Below are positions 36,107 to 49,526 of a stretch of DNA of 64,000 bases, in pieces. This stretch comes from Podarcis liolepis (Eukaryota). The notes below the pieces were generated by a model. The model saw nothing but the letters and a program-made list of their open reading frames with translations. It had not been told where the DNA came from and ran no database searches. The stretch lies in assembly GCA_965112155.1 (NCBI GenBank), contig OZ218099.1. One strand, given 5' to 3'. The stretch's first letter is position 1. Every line of letters starts with the position of its first letter. Both the position numbers and the translations under genes were made by a program.

Positions 36107-36866
36107 TAGGGGTGAGGAAGCTGCAATCTGCAAGGCCTAATCAGGCCCACCAGTCCCTTTTGCCCAAGCCTCACTTATCTGCCCTTTGCCTGATGTAATA
36201 TATGACATCAGGTGTAGGACTAATAAAACTGTAGCTGGATCAAAAGGGGGCTCGGCTGATTGGTGGCACCTGCAAAGTCCTGCGTCACGTACTTTGACAC
36301 CCCCCATTATCAGCTGATTGTCTGTGCTTGAAGAAAGCCCTGCATTACCAAAGCTTCAACAATCAACTAGAATTGGCTGTGGAAGGGAGTCCCCCCACCC
36401 TTTGGAATCTTCCTGGTGCTGTTGAGGGGACTGCAGGAAGCAGCTTAGATTCAAAGTGATTCCTGAAATGCTTTGAATGCAAACTGCTTTCTGTGGAGAG
36501 GGGAAAAAATCAGTTTAAAAATTGAGCTTTTTTTCTTTCCAGAGAAGGCAGTTTGTCTTCAAACCAATGGAGGAAGCATTTTGAAGGTGAACTGCTTTCT
36601 CCACAGAAGGCAAGATGCTCCATTTTTAGGAACATTTTGCCCCCCTGCAGAGACTCCAAAGGGGCTCCCTGTCACCAAGGATCAGCTGATGGACAGTCGC
36701 AGCAACCTGCTGTGAGCTTTGTCAGGTGTCAATCACCTGTTGCCATTGTGACATCAGATGATTCACTGGTGGGCGGTTCTGCCTAGCTGTCGAAGTTGGG
36801 CTACACATGTGAAGAAGGGGGAGATACTGATCAGGTTCACTGACCAAATCAAGGTATTCATACCTG
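36107..36866. mobile_element. Old hAT-like non-autonomous element
   Basis: Perfect 8-bp flanking duplication GCCTATAT at 36099-36106 and 36867-36874; degenerate TIRs; related fragments near 28960-29150 and 63640-63960. Confidence 0.55.
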
Positions 36867-37339
36867 GCCTATATTTTACTGGGTCAAATTCAAGGTGCTA
36901 ACATTAAAGGCTTTATGTGTTAAAGATGTGGGACCTGGGTATTTGTTGCAGCATCTCTCCTCATACCAAACTACGTGAGTCCAGAGAACCAGTCTCTTTT
37001 GGGGGGGCTTCAGATGCTTGCCTGCATAGCTGAGCACACAAGCATAGGAAGACCTTTAGCAATATAACTGCCCGGTCCTGTGAGTGTTTATGCAGACGTT
37101 CTATCAAGTTTAATGGGACTTGTCCCATGAAGTCAAGGTGCACAGGATAGCTGAAATCTGCCACCCTTCCCCAACCCGGCGCCCCCTCCAGTTGTTTTGG
37201 ATGACAACTCCCATCAGCTCAAGCCAGTATAGCCGAAGAGAGTTGAAATAATAATTAAAAAAACATATGGGAAGGCTGTCTTACATTTACTCAACCAAGA
37301 AATTAAAGGCATGCTCTGTAACAGAAGCAACAGACATAC

Positions 37340-37437
37340 CTGGCACCATTAGAGAGCTTCAGGATGATTTGGTTCTTTAAATCATACACTTTTCCAAGCC
37401 ACCAATCATAGGCAATGCAGTCACCGTACATGAAAGG
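37340..37437 (-). CDS. UBE2O: UBE2O exon 4 (98 nt)
   Basis: cctcag|CCT...GCCAG|gtatg; PFMYGDCIAYDWWLGKVYDLKNQIILKLSNGA. Confidence 0.95.
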
Positions 37438-38764
37438 CTGAGGGGTAGAAGAAAGTTATGATGCCTGCTTCCTTGGTTCATATAGTCACAACTAGAGAAC
37501 GTTGTTCAGCTCATGGAATAAAATGAACTGAAGTTCAGGATTAGGGTACATCCGGCATATAAAAGAATTTAACACTTGTACATTTCCCAGATTACTGAAA
37601 TAGGTTTTTCCGCCACCCCACCATACTACAAGATTGGGGAGATGGCAAAGTGTGTTACTGACAAATTTCATGGGAAAGATGAACAGTAACATATCAAGTA
37701 TACTGGGTAAACTCAAGGGTAATCTCACAATCACAGTTAAGTGATTGAGGAAGCACAACTGCCCTTCTTTCTTACAATCAATTCGGAGTTGCATTTCTCT
37801 GCCTTGTTAAGAATACCAGCAGAAATATTTATCTTCGTTTTGGAAGGTTTCGGACTATAGCCAAAACCATTTTGTAGACCCATTCCCTGCCCCCTTTGAC
37901 AAAAACAGCAAAAAATGAAATAAAGGTAGGAAATATCTAGAATGAACAAACAAACTCAGAAGTTACAGGCAGCCAGTTCCTGTACATTTTTTATGTACAT
38001 ACTTTGTTTCTTTAAAGATTTTACTAACACCATGTTCTAACTGTACTGCAGCTCAGGATCACGCTGTTGCCGTGGGACTGCATTGATCAAGTGATCATCC
38101 TAGCTAATCACTATGCAGAAGCTTCTCACCCCATTTGTTATAGACTAAGCCTTTGCTCAGTCTGACAGAAGCTAGCAACGTATTCAGAAAAGAACTAGTG
38201 TGGCAGTAATGCAAGTATTGCATCATTTACTTCAATTATTTATATACCACCATTCAATATTAAAAGTTCCAGGGCAGCAGTTTACAGAGATTAACAATTA
38301 AAAACAATTAGAAAGTATGACAGCAGATAAGGAACTCTTTAAGATTAAGTCAGAGTAGAGAACTAAGCCAGTTACAAACTGGGATTAGTTTTTTTAAGGG
38401 CTTTTACTTTGTCTTTATAGTACCAGACAAATTAGGTTTGCTTGGCCCCAGGAAAGGCATGCCAGAGTCAGGATACTACAACCAAAAAGGTCATAATCCA
38501 TATAAGAGAACCCAGGGAAGTGCCTTACAACTAACATCTTAATGTGCAGACAAGTTTATGTGGTAGTAAGCAGTCCTTCAGGTCTCTGAATTGCATCTCA
38601 TGTAGGGCTTAGAAGCATTACTCTCTTCAGAGAAGACTCTAGTCTTGTTAAAAGAAACCACTCACATCAGGGGATGTAACATCATCCCTGCCTGTTCCTG
38701 ATTAAATCTGTTAAGTTGTTAGCTTTCATGCTGTGTGAGGATAAGTAGTATTAAACACACTCAC

Positions 38765-38875
38765 CCAGATATTCTGAAGATCTTTGCTGTTGACCGGATA
38801 AAGGATACAGTTGGTCCCCACCAGTTTTACGGCACACTCTATATTCACATCAATTACTGTTCCACACTGGCTGTC
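38765..38875 (-). CDS. UBE2O: UBE2O exon 3 (111 nt)
   Basis: ttccag|GAC...TGG|gtgag; DSQCGTVIDVNIECAVKLVGTNCILYPVNSKDLQNIW. Confidence 0.96.
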
Positions 38876-39963
38876 CTGGAAAGGTGAACGAAAGGTTTTT
38901 CAACTGCAGGACACACAAGTTGTGCAGAAACAAGACAGCCCTGCTATTTATCAGTAGAACACAAATTCAAGACCCAAGAAAAAAAGCAAAAAACAGAGTC
39001 CCTTTTATGCCTTCTTTCTTGAGAGAATTATTGAGTCCGCATTCTTTGCCTCCTGTCAACCTTCTTTGGAACCCAGATTATATAGGTTCCTTTCCCTGCA
39101 AGTTGGGGACCCCTGTACATCATCAGATAGTTTGCTTGCTAAACAAGATGTTAACTGCCTAATAAGTAAGTTCTCAGACCAAGACTGGTCTCTTCATTTT
39201 ACCCATAAGCCGAACGAAAGTAATGTGGTAATTTCTGTAGAAAGTCGGCATTCTCTCAACCTCATTATATTGCAATGTGGGGATAAGACTAATGTAACAA
39301 TATTCAGGTATCGTGCTCTTTGAAACACTTGAAATATGCTGTAGAAATGTCAGATATTTTGCCCACTATCTGCAGAACAAGTATCAGAGCAAAGTATTAA
39401 TTAATAAATAAGCCTTGTTTATTGTGTTGCTTTGAGCCTGTAAAGAAAAGCTCAATTGTGCCTGCATATTGTTTGGTTTGCTGAGGAAGAGGATATGAAC
39501 CCAGATGCATCATTAACTCATAACTCAACTAATTCTTAGTCAACTGGCAGCTGCTGTAATAACCTATTTTTATTTATTAATGAGCATAGTCCATTACAAA
39601 ATGCAGCTGATGGCTGGGTTCTGTAGCTGTTCCCAAACATCAGGGTCTATTAATGGAAACACACATAGACACACACACTTCAGAGGGTTGGTGCTTTATA
39701 ATATATGAATTAGCTCACTAACCATATGATGATGCTTTTCTCCCTTCCTCCACCTACTGCTGAAACACATTTTAAAAATTGCTCTCATTGCTAAATAGGT
39801 GTCTTTGTTCATCCAGAAGGAGGACGGAGGGGAAGAGTAGAACCTTTAGGAACTAGTGTAGCCCAGAAAGTCTTTGGACCTTACATGCACGTGGGGTGGG
39901 GTGTGGAATGATCTGAGTTTCTGGGAAATGGGTAGACTCCCAATGCTGGGCTTTTAACTTGTA

Positions 39964-40206
39964 CAGTGATATCTCTGGATGCGAACGGGATCCGTTCCGC
40001 AGCCCTGTTCGCATCTTGAAGCGAACGCAACCTGCGTCTCCGGGTCGCGATTCGCTGCTTCCGTGCATGCGCATGATGTCATTTTGAGCGTATGCGCATG
40101 TGCGAGCAGCGAAACCCGGAAGTACGCGCTCTGTTACTTCTGGGTCGCCGCAGAGCATAACCTGAAAACGCTCAACCTGAAGCACATTTAACCCAAGGTA
40201 TGACTG
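39964..40206. mobile_element. CpG-rich Tigger-like MITE
   Basis: TA|CAGTGATATCT ... AGGTATGACTG|TA; internal inverted repeat at about 40039-40120. Confidence 0.8.
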
Positions 40207-41577
40207 TAATACAGGTCAACTGGCATATTAACCTGCATTAACTTGTAATACAAGTCAGGACCGTGATTCAGAGAAGTACAAGCTATTTTGTTCTATGTAT
40301 GCCACTCTCTTCCTTCTCCCATTCTTCAAGTGTCTTGCTCTCCCCCTTTAAAAATGACCAAGGCCAGCTCATGGTCTAAGGTGGCAAGGTACATTTGAAT
40401 GATGCTACCAACATAATGCTTTGTATTTTGTTTCTTAAAAAGGTAATATACTCGCCGTTCCCTGTATAGAATATCTTGCAGCAGCTGAGAACACAATCAA
40501 TACACACAAAAGTGCTAACTGCAACATAACCATGAATTGGGGGGCTTTAAATCAGTTGGGGTTCAGAAATTATCATGATCACCAAAAGCAGCTGAAAGAA
40601 ACCTCAAAAAGGGTTCCAGGAAGAGTGTTTCCAACGTTAGCTACTACACGTCACTTGTTTTGGCAAGTACAGGCATACCCAAGCATCCTAGCACATGTAT
40701 TGTTCTCTTCTTCATCTGAACACTGTGTTGCATGTCTTTAAAAAAATTATGATGGAAGGCAAGAATATTTAACTTCATACGTCTGAACTGGGGTGACAAA
40801 ACAAGGCTGAGAGTGTTGAATCCCTCTTCAACAGTTCACAAAGCATCTCCACCATGAGAATAACAAACACTGGTTAGTGTTTGGTACCCTCAGTGTTCAT
40901 GCAAGGCAACAACAGAATGTGAAACTGAACTATGCAACTTAGCTGCAAGGGGCATTGTGTCCCTCAGTGTCACCCCTAAATGCCCTCTCCCAATCTAGAC
41001 GTGTTTTCAATACTGAGTTTGATATTGAGTTAAGAATCCATCAAACCCCCGATTCAGGATTTCACGCTTACATCTTGCCATGGAAAAGAGAACAAGAGTG
41101 TTTACTAAATCCTGAAAAAGGCTACTGATCGGACACAAACTGAAAGAGTACCATTAAATCTACCTTTTCATTTTATAGCTACATTTGTTCCAGGACTCTG
41201 AGTAATGGTGCAAACTGCTCTCTGCAGAAATCAACATCTGAGCCACAGCGTCATTTGGAAAGGCTTACAGCAATGCACCTCCAATGCTGACACTGCTATT
41301 CTGGCCAAAAGGTTCAACACACAAGATGCATATTAATATGGATGGCTTTGGCTGCAGCTTTTGCTGTAATGTGTTAAGACACTGCATTTGATTCTATAGA
41401 ATGCCATGCCTGAAACACAGCAAATGAATTTTACAATACAGTCCGATAACATTCAAAGCCAAGTATTTCCTATGTTGCAGATTCAGACTATGCAATTTAC
41501 TACTGCAATTTACTAATTAACTACTGAAACACTAGGCTTTGGTTTCTTGCGTCTATACACAAAACAGCAGCACTTAC

Positions 41578-41637
41578 CCGTGAGCCCATGTGCCTGACAA
41601 CATCCCGAGGTACCACTGACCGGTCTTCAAGCTTCAG
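41578..41637 (-). CDS. UBE2O: UBE2O exon 2 (60 nt)
   Basis: ctctcag|CTG...CGG|gtaag; LKLEDRSVVPRDVVRHMGSR. Confidence 0.94.
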
Positions 41638-42407
41638 CTGAGAGGGAGGTGGTGGGGAAAAGAGAAAAGAGAGAGAAGATAATTAAGATGGATCCTCACC
41701 ATACCTTCATATGTACAACCTGATTTCAAATCAAGTGGACTACCAGGCTGGTATTTTTAAAATTTTTACACATATAATATACGTGTGTACACACACATTT
41801 TGTATCAACATAAGCTGTAGTTGCACAAAGAAGTTATTATCTGTACATTCATACAATGCTGCTGGTGTTCATAATTCCACTTTAGTGAAGAACATGGCAA
41901 CAAGACAAGACTATATGGGGTTTTATTTTGTTATTCCATCATTTAATTTTGTTTACTTGTATCCCACCTTTCTTCCAAGAAGCTCAGACTTGCATAAATA
42001 GGTTCTCTGAACTTCTCCCATCCAGGTATTAGTATTGTTAGCATCAAAAATGGAACTTTGTATCTGGGATGAGTATCACTACATAGCATTTACTACTAGA
42101 AATGTAGTAGAAATCTTGCTCTCTATCAGATTCCTTAGAAAGAAACTACACGGGCCATTCTGATTAGCAGAGAGAAATATGTTTTACCTCTGCCCAGAGC
42201 AGAGACATTTCAAAGCACAGAGGAATGTGGCTCACACAACAAGTGGTAATTGACAGTGCTAGTTTGGAGCGTGCGGGTTAAGAGGAAGATTCTAGGACTC
42301 CTGCATATAAAATGGTATGCATGCTTGCTTGATCAGATGTGCCTCTATCTCCAGATTGTTTTTGGAGCAAAGCCATTTCCACAACATATTGTGCCAAATC
42401 TAAAGTA

Positions 42408-42408
<1 letters not shown>

Positions 42409-42447
<39 letters not shown>
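42409..42447. repeat. (TAA)13 microsatellite
   Basis: Perfect trinucleotide run; source of the poly-Ile ORFs in the track. Confidence 0.96.
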
Positions 42448-42449
<2 letters not shown>

Positions 42450-45400
42450 CGCCGCCAAGGCACTACAGACATGCATGCACAAAAAGTAAGAGATAGGTGT
42501 TTTATTCAAAATATGCTGTGCAATTCAAATATTATTGATCTGTCAAATGAACAAGCAGATCAAAGCAAAGGGTACTTGATGGCCAAGTCATTCTGTCTAA
42601 GAAAAGGCTATCAGTTGTGATGGCAATAAAGAGCATTTTCAAACCACTCGTCCTCTCACTGAGCTGGAACTCAATGACAATCAACACTACGATACAGCAT
42701 CTGCATTATGAACACCTGCGGAAATGTGAAATAGCAGCTCTACAGATAAATGCTCACCTCACTAAACTTGATCGTGCCCGCCACACAACCCTTTCTTTAC
42801 AACAGACTCATGCTTCTGCCCCAGTCAGCACATTCGGTTGCCTCCCTTCCAACACCGTCTTATGTATCCTCCTTTTCAGCTCACTAAAAATCTATAGCTA
42901 GAAGGGCTCCATTCTCACCTTGGCAGCGCAATGCTTGTCTGCAATATTTTCTTAGTTTGTCTAACAACCATAACAACAACAACAGCAGGGTATTATTTAG
43001 CATGAGGGAAACACAAGCTCTCATTGCATTCAACAGCATTCTCAAGTCTTCTTGGCAGTTTAGAGATAATCAGCTGCCTGCTTTTGAGAAACACATAGGT
43101 GTCACTGCAAGCTTTATGCATCTCGGAAAGCACCAGGATTAACTGTATACTGCAAAGCTATGCTGATAGTGAATCTCTAGCTGTGCAGTCAGCAGAATAA
43201 TGAGGTTCACTCGCAGCACAGCAGATAATTGGATTGGGTCCTCTCAGCCGCTACCCAAGTCTCCCTAAAAACCTATGTCTTTAATGAAATGGTGGGGTGA
43301 AAATAAAGGGGTCATTTAGGCCTCCTTGAGATATTGAAGAGACCTTGCCCCATTAAGCTTATCCACTCCATTTCAGCCAGCAGGAAAATCTGGAGCAGGA
43401 TCTCCAATACAGATTGGAGAGTATGGGACAGAACTGTCCATGTTACAATCTATTTATAACTTTAAAAGCAATAACCATAACCTTGAATTGTGCCCACATA
43501 TAGTTTGTAGATGAAGATCGCAAAGAAGCAGAGTAATATGTTTCAGTTAGCCAAGGATCTGAACCTGTGTCTCCACGTCCAATGCTCCTATAACTACAAA
43601 ACTCTGTCTCATGGGATAGATCTTTTTGTGAGGTTTCCTTAATGTACCATCATGTGCACTTGCACAACATACCAAGCAAAGATATCCACAAGATTGGGCT
43701 CAGTTCAACGTGCACAGCATTGCACACTGAGGTTGTGCTGGTCTGCTAAATATTTCAAGGCAGCAATAGTTATTTGGTTAGATGCTGAATTCAAAATCAT
43801 ACTTGACTCTTAGGCATGCAAGAAATAATCTAAGTTTCACTAAGTCTTCATATCAAGCATTGAAGATGACACTTCCCGGAAATCCAGTTGCATTGTGTGT
43901 ACCCAAGACATGCATTTAATTTCCCTGATAAACAGGAGAGCCACTCCCGTCGCTCACAATGCAAAAGGAGTGTGTGAAAGCACAATGCAGCACAATGGCA
44001 TCATTGCCAGAAAACTCGGCTGCAATTTCTATTCACTGAAACAGTTTTAACTCCCTCTCCCTTACAGCGATGCATGAGCTGTGGTGGAGGGATGGGGTTG
44101 GGAAGAGACATTTTCGAAGATATGCATAAGCCAAGCCAAGCCAAGCTGAGCTGTACACAGCACACCTGCCGCACTGAACACCTCAGCAGCCACATTGCTC
44201 TGCATTCTAGAGATGCAATTCTCCACAAGGAAACTGGCTGAGGATAGATGAGAACGTTTTGCAATCAAAATGGCTCGCACGCCTTTGTGCAGGAAAGCTG
44301 CATTTACTTTCAGTGTCAAGACAAGAGTCAAGTACAATATAAATAATGAAATATCAGAGAATGGAACAATAAAGGGACTGAAAGCTGTAAAATCTGCTTA
44401 TTGTACAATTCTGATTCCAGGCAAAATTCCCAGGACTCTCAAACAAAACTGAATTGCCTGAGGTGAGATATAGCTGAAACTTCATGTTTCTAGTGCTTTT
44501 TCCATTTTTAGTACTTTTTTAGCGAGACCACAGGAGAAGCTATCTGCAATAGCTTCAGATCAAGATGCCAGCTCTATATCCATATACCAATATCTTCCTT
44601 TAAAATCACCATCATTCTCTTTCTCTCTCTCACACACACACCCCTTTCTAGTCCACTTAAAGTAGTCAAGGCATTTTGTTCTATGTTTAAAGATTACACA
44701 CATAACAAAACTGGTCCAAGAGGCCTCTGTGCTGGGAGATTATTTTTAATTCCTGGAAGGGCTACAAATACTGTATGTTGTTCTGTAGAAGATGTTCTAG
44801 TGGAAATAAGAGAAGTAAAAACTCTTGGAAAAGTAAACAGATGGAAATTCATATAGGAAATAGTTTTTTCTTCATATTTACAGAACTATAAGGCAACCTC
44901 TAGCCTTGCTTTCCTACTACAGTCAAAAGTGTCTGTAGAAATATGATATGGGCCAGAATTCAGCATCATCTCAGCATTTTTCTTTAAATCAAGTTTCTAG
45001 TCCTTGTGGTTATCTAGCCTAGCTTAAAAGTTCATTGGTAACACAGCAGGTGAGGTCACAGGGCAAGATTATCAGCTCCACACTTCTTTTCCCTCTTTCC
45101 TGGATAGCAAAACTATTTTAAAATATTTTGCAAACATTTTAAAAACACTTAAATCTATATGTATGTGTAAAGGAATGGGGCTTTACTGCCCTGAACTGCC
45201 TGTGTCTTATATAGAATGCATATTTTTGCTTGTTTATACTATGAGAATATATGTTTTGCTTGCATGCAAGTGGGATTACAGGGGTAACTAGCAAGTGCCC
45301 CACGCCTTTTAACATCAAGACGAAGGTATCCACCACTGCTGATGCACAGAACTGCACATCTCTTGCTCCTGCCTATAGACATTAGGGAGACTCCTTCATT

Positions 45401-46326
45401 GCACTTGTTCAGATGCCTGCCCAAAACTTGAGTTATATGTTTGTTGATTTTTACGTAACTGTTTTATGTATACCACTCAGACATTTAAAAAATATTTTTG
45501 AAGCAAGTTATAATTAAATTTTATTTTAAGAAATTATAAGTAATAGTTTGAAGTCAAAATGATGTTGCAATTTTATTTACCAAGGTACCAAACCCATCCC
45601 TGCCTTGCACATCTGAATTATATTGCTCCCGCCTGTCCATGGATGCAGTCTGAGAAACTAATCAATAGCCACTCTATAAAATGCATTTTGATCTAGATGA
45701 TGGGCCAGTTACCACTGAGGGGAAAGCCCTTTGCTTCTTACAAATCAGTAATGTGCTGGGAAATTTCTCCTCAATTAGGAAACAAGGTGGAGCTATGTGG
45801 TTTCACTCTGCAATCCAGATTTCTGTGACTGGAAGATCCAAAATCCACCACATTTCAGACTGGCTATTCTTTACCCTTAGGTCATTGATGAGCCATAGAC
45901 TGTGTAATTAACACAAAAGGTTATTCTGGAATCTGTCGGACCTAACATCCTGTAAAAGTCTAGTGCAACTTTGACTGGGTTCCAAATACAATTCACCAGC
46001 ATCTCTACCTCTAATGTTAAGACAGTCAGTGTCCCTTTTGAATGACATAGTACTTAATAGTAGAGAAATTTGATTTATGAAGCATCTGTCAACTACAAAT
46101 GTTACATGATTCTGTACCAAAACAGTAAAGATTACTCATATAAAGGCAAGGAAAAAAGCAGTCCTGGCAATCTGAGCCATATCCATGCAATTTTCTTTGA
46201 TATTATATTTGAACTCTCCTATTAGGTCCTGGAATAAACGGAAAGCTAATTTATGAGCATTAGACACTCTACAACACCATATGGCCTTAAAATAGTGTGT
46301 GAGAAATGGTTACGATTGAAGTTTTA

Positions 46327-47110
46327 CTTGTTTATTTACAACAATTACATGCTGCCCCAAAAAAGTGCTCTCTGGATAACTTACAGTTATCAATCTTTTT
46401 TTTTTTAAAAAAGGAGGGGGGACGGACGACCAACAACGAAACATTAACACAACAAGGTTAACTCAATTCTAAAAAGATTAGTAAGTTAGAAGAGATCTTT
46501 AAAAACCTTAAGATGCCTAGAAGTGGGAGGACCTTTATCTGGTGCTGAAATTAGGAGGAACTAGGTGAGCCTCCCTGGGATGACTATTCCATAGCCATAG
46601 CACCATCACTGAAATAGCATTCCACATAGTGAGCACCTACCATGCTTCACTTTGCAGTGGCACTTTGAGATCATCATCTGACACTGTTCTCTAAGACTGG
46701 ATAAGGGAAATTGGGAGGAGAGGACTTTTCAAGTACCCTAGTCTCAAGCTGTTGTGGGCTTTCAAAGTCAAAACCAAAACTTTGAATTGGCCTTAGAAAT
46801 GGTCTCGAAGCCAGCACAAAGGATGAAGCACTGACATAATATGTTCAGTAGTCCAGTGCATGTTAACCATCAAGCTGCTTCTTCCCAGGCTTACTGGTTC
46901 CATGTAACACACTGCGGTGATCCAAACAGGCAGGTAATGGAAGGCAGGCAGGGCTGCAATTCGCTTATCAGCCTAAGCTACTAAAATGCTTTCCAAGCCA
47001 CAGAGGCCTCTTGATTCCCTGCTTATCCAAGCTGGATCAATGAACACCCCTCAACAGTGCACCTTATCATTTTAAGAGGAGTGCCACCACCTCCAGAACA
47101 GGATGACCAC
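46327..47110 (-). mobile_element. Decayed L2-type LINE 3' fragment (similar fragment at about 38230-38610)
   Basis: tttattt tail at the left; internal ctttcaaagtcaaaaccaaaactttgaattggcc resembles antisense L2 ORF2. Confidence 0.5.
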
Positions 47111-48340
47111 CACTCAACTAAGCAGTACCTCTATATTGTCTGGAATGGGGCTCATAGATAATTGGCCATCATCTGCTGAGAAGTTCAAGAAAACAATCTC
47201 TCTCAGAGCACAGAATGATTGGGACCCAAAAGTCTCTTTGAGCTTCATGCACTATTATTTTGCTTTTTTAGTAAATTTCCCCAGCGTTGTATTGTACTGG
47301 ATAGCAGCACCAGATTTCCTTTTCTATCTTGAGAAAAATGTCTTTACCACTCTCACATCGCCACAATGCCTCTTTCTACAGCAGAGAATAGGATCAGAGA
47401 ATAGCTACGTATTTTAACTAAAATTCCTAAGCATACATGCTCATATACAACCACCTCCACTAGTCCAATAATTTAAATATTCTTCTAAAGGATCTGCCAG
47501 GAAGTATTAGTTGACTACTGCATTTATGTTAATGAATTCTTCAGATTCATTCAAAGCAAAGCACATGCCCTCTTCGAAGCAATGCCACCCCCTTCTCCCT
47601 TGTCATTTGCCAATGCATATTCATTTCTCATTACCCAAGAGCTATGCACGTTTGAGCTGCAGACAGACATATATGCTATGTCAGGTTTATCCTGTTAGGT
47701 ACTTAATGGTGTCACACTTCACTGACTTTCCCCCCCACTTCCAGTTACTCTTGAAGGGTGGAAATGCACAAGAGAAAAGAAGCAGAAACACAGAACAGAG
47801 AATGCTTACAGTGCTAAGCTCCTAAACATCATTTATAGCCTGGGAATAAACCAGAAAAATGGGGAAGTCCCCTCATTTTTGTGTCCCCCCCAATTTGTTT
47901 CAAAAAAATTATGGCTGCCTCTTCTGGTTGCTATTGCATGCTCTTAAAGGCTGGAAGAAACCACAAATGATACTACTCTGGCTACCAATCCTGGCTTTGA
48001 AGAACTAATGCAGGCACCTGAGGTATCTTTGCATCAAGTGGTGAAAAGTGGAATAAGGCAACCTTCCCCAACCTGGTGCTCCCCCATATGTTTTGGACTA
48101 CAACCCCCATACTCTCCAGCCAGTGGGGATGCTCACAGAAGATGCTTCCACTGGTTCAATGCCACTAGGAACACCAATTGCATATCTACCATTGCTTTTA
48201 AATATATTATGTAAAAAATAATATGAAAGTATACTGTTCTCAACTGTCCGTCATCATAGGTATGGCATAAATTGTGGAGATAAAAAAAAATGGGAAACCC
48301 AAAGCCTTTAAAAAAAGAAAAAAGAAAATAGTTCCTTGTA

Positions 48341-48574
48341 CAGTGGAACCTTGGTTTTCGAATGTAATCCATTCTGGAATACTGTTCGACTTCCAAAACA
48401 TTCAAAAACCAAAAACTGAAAGCGGAAGCCTCAATACAATAGGGAAACTCAAAATGGAAGCCGCATGGCATGTTTGGCTGCTGAAAATTGTTCAAAAACC
48501 GAAACAGTTACTTCTGGGTTTTCAGTGTTCGAAAGCCAAAACATTCAATTTCGAGACACTCGAAAATCGAGGTT
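48341..48574. mobile_element. Tc1/mariner-type MITE with truncated right TIR
   Basis: TA|CAGTGGAACCTTGGTTTTCG ... CGAAAATCGAGGTT; the terminal CCACTG is missing. Confidence 0.78.
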
Positions 48575-49059
48575 AAGAAATATTGAATATTGACACACAC
48601 ACACAAAATTTCTGTTTTCTATTGAAGGTGAGACTATCCAAGTGTACTTTTTTAAAGCCGTTGAAACAATGTCTTAATGTAAATCTAATTTAGTAGACTG
48701 GATCACTGAGGTGGTGAATTTTCATAGTCAGCATGACTATTAGGAAAGAACTGCCTCCTGTTTTAAAGTGCAGCATGTAGCCTACTGTGAGCAATTGTAA
48801 CAGTGCTTTCCTTACTCTGCAGGCAGTGCATCTACCCAACGGACTCTAAGTATCAGGTTGCTAGTGGGGTGCACTACACTGTGCAAAGCTTCACATACTT
48901 AAACAACAGGACCGTGAGAAAGTCAATCGGAAAGTACAGCAGACACTTCAGCAGCACTGCATACTTTCTCCTTTCTGTATGCTACCCTTTGTTGCCAAAG
49001 CCCGTATAGAAAAAAAGGGTGGAAAACTTAAGAGGAATCTTATGAGATGTTTCCTTTTT

Positions 49060-49147
49060 CAAAGTGGAGCGAATTTTGTTCACTGCATTACAAAGTGGAG
49101 CGAATTTATGTTTCAAAGTGGAGTGAATTTATGTTCGCTGCATTACA
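49060..49147. repeat. Irregular tandem duplication, CAAAGTGGAGYGAATTT x3
   Basis: Copies at 49060, 49091 and 49114. Confidence 0.88.
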
Positions 49148-49325
49148 GATTTGGTAGCCAAACAATGAGCTTGCTAACTTCATTTCAGCTACGGCAAATT
49201 ATGGTCTGTTTGCCCAAACTGAAGGAACTTGGTATAAGAGGGGGAAGGGGGAACGTGAACAGGCAGAAAGCTTTGACCATATAGTTAAACCATGGTTTCT
49301 GCATGACACCTGAATCAGTCTACTC

Positions 49326-49526
49326 CTGACCTGTCCAACCGGTCGATCGTGATATACTGGTTGATTGCAGGGTGTCCCTGGTCGTTCGTAGTATCCTGAC
49401 CTCCCCTCCCCCCACCAAAAAAAAGGGGGAAGCAGCTCTGGTCAATCTAATGGGTAGATCACTGCCAGTTTTTTTAAAAATAGTTTTATAGTACAATCGC
49501 AGTTTCTTGGAAGTTGTACATGCCTG
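49326..49526. mobile_element. hAT MITE, same family as 24069
   Basis: Perfect 8-bp TSD GTCTACTC at 49318-49325 and 49527-49534; shares gtagatcactgccagttttt. Confidence 0.85.

Noticed and set aside
42278-42620. Poly-Ile membrane-like ORFs
   Set aside because: Translation of the (TAA)13 microsatellite.
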